Shown here piece by piece: positions 43,653 through 51,477 of a DNA stretch of 64,000 nt (positions are counted from its first letter, which is position 1; every line of letters begins with the position of its first letter). The notes below the pieces were generated by a model. It was not told the DNA's origin. It did not search any database and saw only the letters and a list, made by a program, of their open reading frames with translations. This DNA is from Rhizobium sp. (GTDB lineage: Bacteria; Pseudomonadota; Alphaproteobacteria; Rhizobiales; Rhizobiaceae). The stretch spans positions 2,217 through 66,216 of the forward strand of contig JASGEG010000101.1 in assembly GCA_047606605.1 (NCBI GenBank), written 5' to 3'. The position numbers and the translations under genes were made by a program.

Positions 43653-43785
43653 GGCTTGTTTCCTCCGCGTCCAGCGTCCGGAGCATCCGCCCGAATGAGA
43701 TTTCACCCGTTCAACGCCGCTCCGGCCGATGCACCGCTTTTTCGCTCCTACCAAGCGAAGGGCGCATCAGTTTCGCTAGAGACAG

Positions 43786-43810
43786 AACTCGTACCGGAAG
43801 AAATTGTTCC
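43786..43810 (-). promoter_or_regulatory. Putative EcfG/RpoE2 promoter for the small-protein genes
   Basis: Minus strand GGAAC-N16-AGTT. Confidence 0.5.
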
Positions 43811-43863
43811 GGCTCAGAAATAACAGCGGCCGCGAAAGCAGGTCGAAACGCCTCACCAAAATA

Positions 43864-44758
43864 TTAACGAACGATGCCGCGATGCCGGTAAAATCAGGCC
43901 CGCACAGCTTGAGCGTATGGTTAAAAATATATTTAAATACAATATGTTGCGGTGAGCGAAACGAGAAAGTTCCGATGTCCGTGATTCGTCAGCGATTCGT
44001 TCCGCATTTGGCCCTTGGTTAACGTCGGGGCGCCGTCGAAGGCAAAAGGGCCGGCCTCCAACGCCTGCGTAGCGTCGGACTCGATCGCCGAAAAGTGGTG
44101 CTGCATCATCGCGAGAGGTTAAGATCGGGCGTGCCGCCGGTCGATCTGGCTTCGCACCTCCCTCTCGATCTGGAGGGGTCTTGCGACTGGTCCGCTACAT
44201 CTAGTCGTGAACAAATGCGATACCCGATGGAATCAGCGATTCGTCGCCGATTCGTTCCGGCTTTGGTCGAAGTGTTAATGAGTTCAATTTTTACGCGAGT
44301 TTTCCAATTCGGATTGCTTCATTTCGCTCAAAGGTTAATTGCAATCCACGATTCGGTCCGAATCAACGCTTCTACCATGCAGAGTCCTGTGTATTTTGCT
44401 CGTCGAGACGCTAGATCTTGTGGGGAACAAACAAGGAATTTGTCGAAGTCGGCGATTCGTCGCCGATTCGTTCCGGCTTTGACCCGAATCTTAACGGAGC
44501 GGCTTCCTGAGCCGGATTCGGCAGAAAATTATGGGAATTTACAATTGGTTAACCATGTTCTCCGGTCCGCCTTCCAGCTTCGGGCGAATCCTTGCTTGAC
44601 TCTGTTTCCTCGAAAAATGCGGGTCTGGGCATGATTCAGTATCTGGTGGGAATCGGTGCCGGAAAATCCATATATAGCGGTGAACGGAAAGGGAACGATG
44701 GGGAGTCAGCGATTCGTCGCCGATTCGTTCTCAAGCTGTTCCGGACTCGCCGGGACTC
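43864..44758. repeat. Four-unit non-coding array of fixed-spacing motifs, GANTC-rich
   Basis: Units start at 43937, 44192, 44408 and 44665; shared core GATTCGTC(GC/AG)CGATTCGTTC at offset +46 in all four. Confidence 0.9.
44682..44741. promoter_or_regulatory. Two consensus alphaproteobacterial LexA (SOS) boxes in inverted orientation
   Basis: GAAC-GGAAAGG-GAAC (44682-44696) and GTTC-TCAAGCT-GTTC (44727-44741). Confidence 0.55.
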
Positions 44759-44938
44759 GCCCTGGCTGTGGCCGCAATGTAGCCTGTGGTTGAGGTTGCC
44801 AATTATAAAATCGAATGTTGTGGCCGTTGTTTTTGCATTCAGGTCTTGCCTTTGTCACATATGGTCGTCATCTGTTCTTCTCTTCCCTGGGGAGCTTGCT
44901 GATCGGAAGACGGTGGTTTCTCGCGCATGCATGGACCT

Positions 44939-47900
44939 ATGACTCAAACCTCGCAGCCAATGATCCTGAGCGGACGCGGTGTGACCGCGGTGCTCGGGCC
45001 GACCAATACCGGCAAAACCCATTACGCCATCGAGCGCATGGTGGCGCACGGCAATGGCGTGATCGGCCTGCCGCTGCGGCTGCTGGCGCGTGAGGTCTAT
45101 GGCCGCGTCGTCGAGAAGGTCGGCGTCCAGAACGTCGCGCTGGTTACCGGCGAGGAAAAGATCTCGCCGCCGAATGCGCGCTATTCGGTCTGCACCGTCG
45201 AAGCCATGCCGCGCGACACGCGCGCCTCCTTCGTCGCCATCGACGAGGTGCAGCTTGCCGGCGATCTGGAGCGCGGCCATATCTTCACCGACCGCATCCT
45301 GCATCTGCGCGGCCGCGACGAGACGCTGCTGCTCGGCGCCGGCACGATGCGGCCGATCCTGGAGCAGCTCTTGCCGGGGATCACCGTCGTCGAACGGCCG
45401 CGCCTGTCGCATCTCTTCTATGCCGGGCAGAAGAAGATCACCCGCCTGCCGCAGCGCACGGCGATCGTCGCCTTCTCGGCCGACGAGGTCTATGCCATCG
45501 CCGAGCTCATCCGCCGCCAGCGCGGTGGTGCTGCCGTCGTCCTCGGCGCGCTCAGCCCGCGCACCCGCAATGCCCAGGTGGCGCTCTATCAGGCGGGCGA
45601 CGTCGAATATCTGGTGGCGACCGATGCCATCGGCATGGGCCTCAACCTCGATGTCGATCATGTCGCCTTCGCCCAGGACCGCAAGTTCGACGGCTATCAG
45701 TTCCGCAATCTCAATCCGGCCGAGCTCGGCCAGATCGCCGGCCGCGCCGGCCGTCACCTCAAGGACGGCACTTTCGGCGTCACCGGCCATGTCGATCCCT
45801 TCGACGACGAGCTGGTGCGGCGGATCGAAGGTCACGAATTCGATACGGTCAAGGTGCTGCAATGGCGCACCAAGGAATTCGATTTCTCCTCGATCGCCGC
45901 GCTGCGCGCGAGCCTCGAAAGCGCGCCGCGCGTTCAGGGCTTGACGCGGGCGCTGCCGGCGGTCGACCAGCAGGCGCTGGACTATTTGTCGCGGGATCTG
46001 GAGATCGCCGATCTTGCCAGCAATCCGGCGCGCGTGGAAAAATTATGGGAAGCCTGTGCGCTTCCCGACTATCGGCGCATTACGCCCGCCCAGCATGCCG
46101 ATCTTATCGCAACCCTCTTTTCCGACCTCGTGCGCTATGGCACGGTGAAAGAGGACTTCCTTGCCGAGCAGGTGCACCGCGCCGATCGCACGGATGGCGA
46201 GATCGACACGCTTTCGGCGCGAATCGCGCAGATAAGGACTTGGACCTATGTGTCGAACCGGCCAGGTTGGCTTGCCGATCCGACACACTGGCAAGAAAAG
46301 ACGCGGGAAATCGAAGATCGATTGTCCGATGCGTTACATGAGAGGTTGACGAAACGCTTTGTTGATCGCAGGACATCTGTGCTCATGAAGCGCCTGAGAG
46401 AGAATGCGATGCTGGAAGCTGAAATCAGTGTGAATGGGGATGTCTTCGTTGAGGGGCATCATGTGGGACAGTTGACCGGATTCCGGTTCACGCCAATCGC
46501 GGGAACCGAGGGGCCGGACGCCAAGGCTGTCCAGACCGCCTCGCAGAAGGCGCTGGCGCTGGAGTTCGAGGCGCGCGCCGCCCGTATCCATGCGGCCGGC
46601 AACAGCGATCTGGCGATCAGCGCCGATGGACTCGTCCGTTGGCTCGGCGATCCCGTGGCGCGCCTGTCGGGCAGCGATCATGTCATGCGCCCGCGCGTCA
46701 TCCTGCTCGCCGACGAGCAGCTGACGGGCAATGCGCGCGACCATGTCGCCGCGCGCATCGAGCGTTTCGTGAACCATCACGTCAGCACCATCCTGAAGCC
46801 GCTCGACGATCTCCAGCGCGCCGAGGACCTGCAGGGGCTGGCCAAGGGGCTGGCCTTCCAGCTCGTCGAAAATCTCGGCGTTCTGTTCCGCCGCGACGTC
46901 ACGGAAGAAGTGAAGTCGCTGGATCAGGATGCGCGCGCCTCCATGCGTCGCTACGGCGTCCGCTTCGGCGCCTATCATATCTTCGTACCGGCTCTCCTGA
47001 AGCCGGCGCCGGCCGAACTCATCACCCTGCTCTGGGCGCTGAAGAACGACGGCCTCGACAAGCCGGGCTATGGCGATCTGATTCCGGTTCTGGCCGCCGG
47101 CCGTACCTCCGTCGTCACCGATCCGAGCTTTGAGCGTACCTTCTACAAGCTCGCCGGTTTCCGGTTCCTCGGCAAGCGCGCCGTGCGCATCGACATCCTC
47201 GAGCGCCTGGCGGATATCATCCGTCCGCTGCTGCAGTGGAAGCCCGGCCAGGCCTCGCGTCCGGAAGGCGCCTATGACGGCCGCCGCTTCACCACCACGA
47301 CGGCGATGCTCTCGATCCTCGGCGCGACGCTGGAAGACATGGAAGAAATCCTCAAGGGTCTCGGCTATCGCGCCGATGCCGTGAAGGCGGAGGAGGCGGC
47401 AGCCTTCCTCGCGCAGCAGGACGCTTCCTCGGCTCCGGCGCCGCAGGCCGCCGAAGCATCGGCCGAAAAGGCCGATCATGACGACGCCGACGGCGCGGGC
47501 GATGAGCCGGCTACGGAAGGTGCGGCCGCCGTACAGGATGCGGCTCCGGCCGCGGATGTGCCGGCCGAGCCGGTTGCCGCCGCCGAGGACACCGCAGCCG
47601 TTGCCACCGACCCGGAGGCTGTCGCCGCCGAGCCGGTCGAACCGAAGCCGGTTCTGTTGTGGCGCCTTGGCGGGCGCGGCGACAACCAGCAGCGCCAGGG
47701 CGGACGCGGCCATGGCGATCGTCGCGGCCAGCAGGGCCAGGGCGAGGGACGCGGCTATCAGGGCAACCGTCGCGGCGGTGAGCAGGCGCAGGCAAGCGGC
47801 GAAGGCCGACGCGACGGCCGCGACAACCGCGAGGGGCGCGAAGCGCGCGGCGACAACAAGGGTCCGCGCGGCAATCGCGACGGCGGCCGTCCGCAGAACC

Positions 47901-48088
47901 AGGGCAATCGTTCCGACCGCAACGACCGTCAGGATCGCGGCGAACGGAAGGATCGCAATGACCGCAACAACCGCGGCGCATCGCAGCCGCTGCGCTTCGA
48001 GGCCAAGCCGCCGCGCAAGGAGAAGCCGATCGATCCGGATTCACCTTTCGCCAAGCTCGCTGCCCTCAAGGAGCAGATGAAGAAATAA
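44939..48088 (+). CDS. SUV3-like SF2 helicase (MgpS-like) with acidic/RG-rich disordered C-tail
   Basis: GPTNTGKT, DEVQ, ATDAIGMGLN, QIAGRAGR; ends DPDSPFAKLAALK; start 44939 or 44960. Confidence 0.9.
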   Translation: MTQTSQPMILSGRGVTAVLGPTNTGKTHYAIERMVAHGNGVIGLPLRLLAREVYGRVVEKVGVQNVALVTGEEKISPPNARYSVCTVEAMPRDTRASFVAIDEVQLAGDLERGHIFTDRILHLRGRDETLLLGAGTMRPILEQLLPGITVVERPRLSHLFYAGQKKITRLPQRTAIVAFSADEVYAIAELIRRQRGGAAVVLGALSPRTRNAQVALYQAGDVEYLVATDAIGMGLNLDVDHVAFAQDRKFDGYQFRNLNPAELGQIAGRAGRHLKDGTFGVTGHVDPFDDELVRRIEGHEFDTVKVLQWRTKEFDFSSIAALRASLESAPRVQGLTRALPAVDQQALDYLSRDLEIADLASNPARVEKLWEACALPDYRRITPAQHADLIATLFSDLVRYGTVKEDFLAEQVHRADRTDGEIDTLSARIAQIRTWTYVSNRPGWLADPTHWQEKTREIEDRLSDALHERLTKRFVDRRTSVLMKRLRENAMLEAEISVNGDVFVEGHHVGQLTGFRFTPIAGTEGPDAKAVQTASQKALALEFEARAARIHAAGNSDLAISADGLVRWLGDPVARLSGSDHVMRPRVILLADEQLTGNARDHVAARIERFVNHHVSTILKPLDDLQRAEDLQGLAKGLAFQLVENLGVLFRRDVTEEVKSLDQDARASMRRYGVRFGAYHIFVPALLKPAPAELITLLWALKNDGLDKPGYGDLIPVLAAGRTSVVTDPSFERTFYKLAGFRFLGKRAVRIDILERLADIIRPLLQWKPGQASRPEGAYDGRRFTTTTAMLSILGATLEDMEEILKGLGYRADAVKAEEAAAFLAQQDASSAPAPQAAEASAEKADHDDADGAGDEPATEGAAAVQDAAPAADVPAEPVAAAEDTAAVATDPEAVAAEPVEPKPVLLWRLGGRGDNQQRQGGRGHGDRRGQQGQGEGRGYQGNRRGGEQAQASGEGRRDGRDNREGREARGDNKGPRGNRDGGRPQNQGNRSDRNDRQDRGERKDRNDRNNRGASQPLRFEAKPPRKEKPIDPDSPFAKLAALKEQMKK

Positions 48089-48091
48089 GCC

Positions 48092-48496
48092 ATGACGGAC
48101 GAAAGGCAGCCATTTTCCGGTTCGCGCCAGCGCATCGACAAATGGCTGTTCTTTGCCCGCATGGTAAAATCCCGCTCGCTGGCGCAGGTCTATGTGCAGA
48201 ACGGCAGCGTGCGGGTGAATGGCGAGCGCGTGGTTCAGCCGAGCCATGGCGTCAAGGTGGGCGACCGGATCGAGCTTTCGCTGGAGCGGCGCGACGTCGT
48301 CCTGATCGTGCGCCAGCCGGGCGAGCGCCGGGGTCCCTTCGAGGAAGCGAAGCTGCTTTACGAGGATCTGACGCCGCCGCCGGATGAGACAAAACGTCTC
48401 ACGCCCTTCGAGCAGGCGCTGCGCGCGCCGGGCAGCGGCCGGCCGACCAAGCGCGATCGGCGCGCCATCGATCGGCTGACATCCGACGACGATTAG
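48092..48496 (+). CDS. hslR: S4-domain RNA-binding protein (Hsp15-like)
   Basis: RIDKWLFFAR..KSRSLA, GRPTKRDRR. Confidence 0.85.
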   Translation: MTDERQPFSGSRQRIDKWLFFARMVKSRSLAQVYVQNGSVRVNGERVVQPSHGVKVGDRIELSLERRDVVLIVRQPGERRGPFEEAKLLYEDLTPPPDETKRLTPFEQALRAPGSGRPTKRDRRAIDRLTSDDD

Positions 48497-48707
48497 AAAA
48501 CTCTGTGCGACCACCGGGCTTTTCCGGATTGTTTCTCCTTGAAATTGGCGGATAAAGTCGATACCTGACGGTCAACCCGCTGGTAACAAGCTGGGCGGCA
48601 TGCCTGCGCTCACGCGCATCGGCCTGTCCGCTCCGGCTTCCGAGGGCAAGGCGCGACGTTCCAGGTTGCGCGCCCACGGAAAACTAGAGCCATTCCTGGA
48701 GTGCTTC

Positions 48708-49046
48708 ATGACATATGTCGTGACCGATAATTGCGTTCGCTGCAAATATACCGATTGCGTGGAAGTCTGCCCCGTCGACTGCTTCTACGAAGGCGAGAAT
48801 TTCCTGGTCATCCATCCCGACGAGTGCATCGATTGTGGTGTTTGCGAGCCGGAATGTCCCGCCGAGGCGATCAAGCCGGATACCGAGCCGGGCCTCGACA
48901 AGTGGCTGAAGATCAACGCCGAATATGCGGCGATCTGGCCGAACATCACGGTGAAGCGCGATGCCTTGCCGGAGGCCAAGGAAATGGACGGCGAAGAGGG
49001 CAAGTTCGAGAAGTATTTCTCGGCCAATCCCGGTTCCGGCGACTGA
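48708..49046 (+). CDS. fdxA: 7Fe ferredoxin
   Basis: [36 protein letters not shown]. Confidence 0.93.
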   Translation: MTYVVTDNCVRCKYTDCVEVCPVDCFYEGENFLVIHPDECIDCGVCEPECPAEAIKPDTEPGLDKWLKINAEYAAIWPNITVKRDALPEAKEMDGEEGKFEKYFSANPGSGD

Positions 49047-49446
49047 TCGAAGGTCGTGACAGACCGGCGATTAAGGTGTAGTCGGTAGGACATCGAGACG
49101 AATCATTGCCGTTGGCCGACAAGCGCGGTCAACGTCGCCAATATGGCGCGTGTAAAGCAAATTATTGATTTCCTCAGATTTTTGTGATAGCTTCCTCACA
49201 CTGATCCACCTGCGGCATTTCGCGTGCCCCAAACCATCACGAAAGCAAATAACCAATCCGTACGCGGTTTCCTTGACATATCAACGATTTGAGTTGTCGG
49301 GTCTGGGATCGCGATGAACGGATTTCTTTTTGCATGCGTCTGGCTGGACCAGGATGAAGTCACCCGACGGTGCTTCCGTCTCATCCGGGCCTGACTGACC
49401 CGGCCCCGGTCCTTGCCGGGTGCGTAACAGGGAGTTTTTGAAAAGA

Positions 49447-50019
49447 ATGACGACCCAGCAGAAAAAACCTTCAGCAGCACGCCATGGCTTCAAGAATGGT
49501 GAATCGATCGTATATCCGGCGCATGGCGTTGGTACGATCACCGCAATTGAAGAGCAGGAAGTCGCAGGCATGAAGCTTGAGCTTTTTGTGATCGACTTCG
49601 AAAAAGACAAGATGCGTCTGAAGGTGCCCGTGGCCAAGGCCATGAGCATTGGTATGCGTAAGCTTTCCGAGACGGATTTCGTCGATCGTGCTCTGAAGGT
49701 CGTCCAGGGCAAGGCCCGCGTGAAGCGTACCATGTGGTCGCGCCGTGCCCAGGAATACGATGCCAAGATCAATTCCGGCGATCTGATCTCCATTGCCGAA
49801 GTGGTTCGTGATCTCTATCGCGCCGAAAATCAGCCGGAGCAGTCCTATTCCGAACGTCAGCTCTATGAAGCTGCGCTCGATCGCATGGCGCGCGAGATCG
49901 CCGCCGTCAACAAGATGTCCGAAACCGAGGCCGTTCGTCTCGTCGAGGCCAATCTGAACAAGGGCCCGAAGCGTGGCAAGATCGTCGAGGAAGACGATTC
50001 CCAGGACGAAGCCGCATAA
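49447..50019 (+). CDS. carD: CarD/CdnL-family transcription factor
   Basis: VYPAHGVG, WSRRAQEY..KINSGD. Confidence 0.92.
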   Translation: MTTQQKKPSAARHGFKNGESIVYPAHGVGTITAIEEQEVAGMKLELFVIDFEKDKMRLKVPVAKAMSIGMRKLSETDFVDRALKVVQGKARVKRTMWSRRAQEYDAKINSGDLISIAEVVRDLYRAENQPEQSYSERQLYEAALDRMAREIAAVNKMSETEAVRLVEANLNKGPKRGKIVEEDDSQDEAA

Positions 50020-50042
50020 GCCGAAGCCAAAATATCATCTCC

Positions 50043-50076
50043 AAAAAACCCGGCCCTCGTGCCGGGTTTTTTCTTT
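50043..50076 (+). terminator. Terminator after carD
   Basis: aaaaaacccggc...gccgggttttttcttt. Confidence 0.85.
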
Positions 50077-50101
50077 GGAACCTTTTGCCGTCTGCTGCGT
50101 T
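50077..50101 (+). promoter_or_regulatory. EcfG/RpoE2-type promoter upstream of rpoH2
   Basis: GGAAC-N16-CGTT exact match; rpoH2 is RpoE2-dependent in Sinorhizobium. Confidence 0.75.
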
Positions 50102-50428
50102 TATGCCTCGTGTTTTGCGGCGGGTTGCGGGTTTTCGCGTGATGCGAGTCTTCTCAATCAGTCGTTTCCATTGACGCCACGAGGACCGGCCCATGCATTC
50201 TGATTGGAGATTTCCCGGCGATCCGAAGCCACTTCGCTCGCCAGGTTATTTCAGCGAAATCGAGCTAGACCTGTAACCGACCGTCCGGATTTTCCGGGCA
50301 TCGGTCTCCAATTGCGTTCCATTCATAGATTTTCATCCGCGCAGCAATGTTCGGAAATGATGTTTGCTGCCTTTTTCATCGACCGCGGCACGGAAACGAT
50401 CATTGGGCCGAATTTTAGGGAGATGCAT

Positions 50429-51289
50429 ATGAATATGTCCGCAGATCGGCGCATGATAAAGATCGCAATGGCGGCTCCTTATCTCGCCCGCGACGAGGAA
50501 CATGATCTCGCCATCCGCTGGAAAGATCACGACGACCGTAGCGCCCGCAACCAGATCGCCACTGCCCATATGCGGCTCGTCATCTCCATGGCGGGGAAAT
50601 TCCGCAATTTCGGTCTGCCGATGAGCGACCTGGTACAAGAAGGCTATGTAGGGCTCCTGGAAGCGGCGGCAAGGTTCGAACCGGAACGGGAAGTGCGTTT
50701 TTCCACCTATGCAAGCTGGTGGATCCGCGCCTCGATCCAGGATTATATCCTGCGCAACTGGTCGATCGTGCGCGGTGGCACGAGCTCGGCGCAGAAGGCG
50801 CTGTTTTTCAATCTTCGCCGGCTGCGCGCCAAGCTTGCCAGGGGCAATACCGGCGTCACCGTGCAGTCCATCCATGAGGAAATCGCCGTCGCCCTCGGGG
50901 TCAGCCTTGCCGATGTGCAGACCATGGATGCCCGTCTTTCCAGCAACGACGCCTCGCTGCAGGCGCCGTCGATCTCGGGCGATGCCGAAAGTGCGGAACG
51001 GATGGATTTCCTGATCAGCGACGAGCCTTTGCCGGACGAGCAGGTCTCCAACATGATCGACGGCGAACGCCGCCGCATCTGGCTGGCCTCCGCGCTGAAG
51101 CATCTCAACGAGCGCGAAATGAAGATCATCCGCGCCCGCAGGCTGGTGGAGGACGGTGCGACGCTGGAGGAGCTGGGCGCCGATCTCGGAATTTCCAAGG
51201 AACGCGTGCGCCAGATCGAAAGCCGCGCCATGGAAAAGCTGCGCAGCGCGCTGGTCGATGCCGATCCGCGCATGGCGAGCTATGCGTGA
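50429..51289 (+). CDS. rpoH2: RNA polymerase sigma-32 paralogue RpoH2
   Basis: RpoH box QKALFFNLR, DLVQEG, ISKERVRQIE; N-terminus ADRRMIKIAM. Confidence 0.9.
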   Translation: MNMSADRRMIKIAMAAPYLARDEEHDLAIRWKDHDDRSARNQIATAHMRLVISMAGKFRNFGLPMSDLVQEGYVGLLEAAARFEPEREVRFSTYASWWIRASIQDYILRNWSIVRGGTSSAQKALFFNLRRLRAKLARGNTGVTVQSIHEEIAVALGVSLADVQTMDARLSSNDASLQAPSISGDAESAERMDFLISDEPLPDEQVSNMIDGERRRIWLASALKHLNEREMKIIRARRLVEDGATLEELGADLGISKERVRQIESRAMEKLRSALVDADPRMASYA

Positions 51290-51291
51290 TA

Positions 51292-51442
51292 CACCTTTCT
51301 CCCCTCGGGGAGAGGGTGCCGGGGGCGAATAAGGGGACGAGGAGCGTTCGTTCCCCAACGTCTTTGGTGCGGGCGAAGGGCGTTGCTGCGGCTATGCCAG
51401 TCGACCTGCGCACACCGAGCACCTTCTCCCCGTTGGGGTGAA
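51292..51442. repeat. REP-like inverted hairpin pair
   Basis: cctttctcccctcggggagaggg ... ccttctccccgttggggtgaa. Confidence 0.6.
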
Positions 51443-51477
51443 ACTGGGCTCCCCGTTGGGGCGAAGCCGAAGCCTTC

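Noticed and set aside
43937-44758. Array as a CRISPR
   Set aside because: Units are degenerate, period is 216-257 bp, and no cas genes are in the window.
43864-44758. Array as oriC or parS cluster
   Set aside because: No DnaA boxes (TTATCCACA) or parS palindromes were seen, and there is no hemE/dnaA/parAB/repABC context.
43804-44942. ORFs carrying repeated (A/V)IR(R/Q)RFV peptides
   Set aside because: The peptide repeat is a by-product of the DNA core; units lack a consistent start or RBS, conservation includes third positions and upstream DNA motifs, and codon usage is atypical. Small peptides cannot be fully excluded without Ribo-seq.
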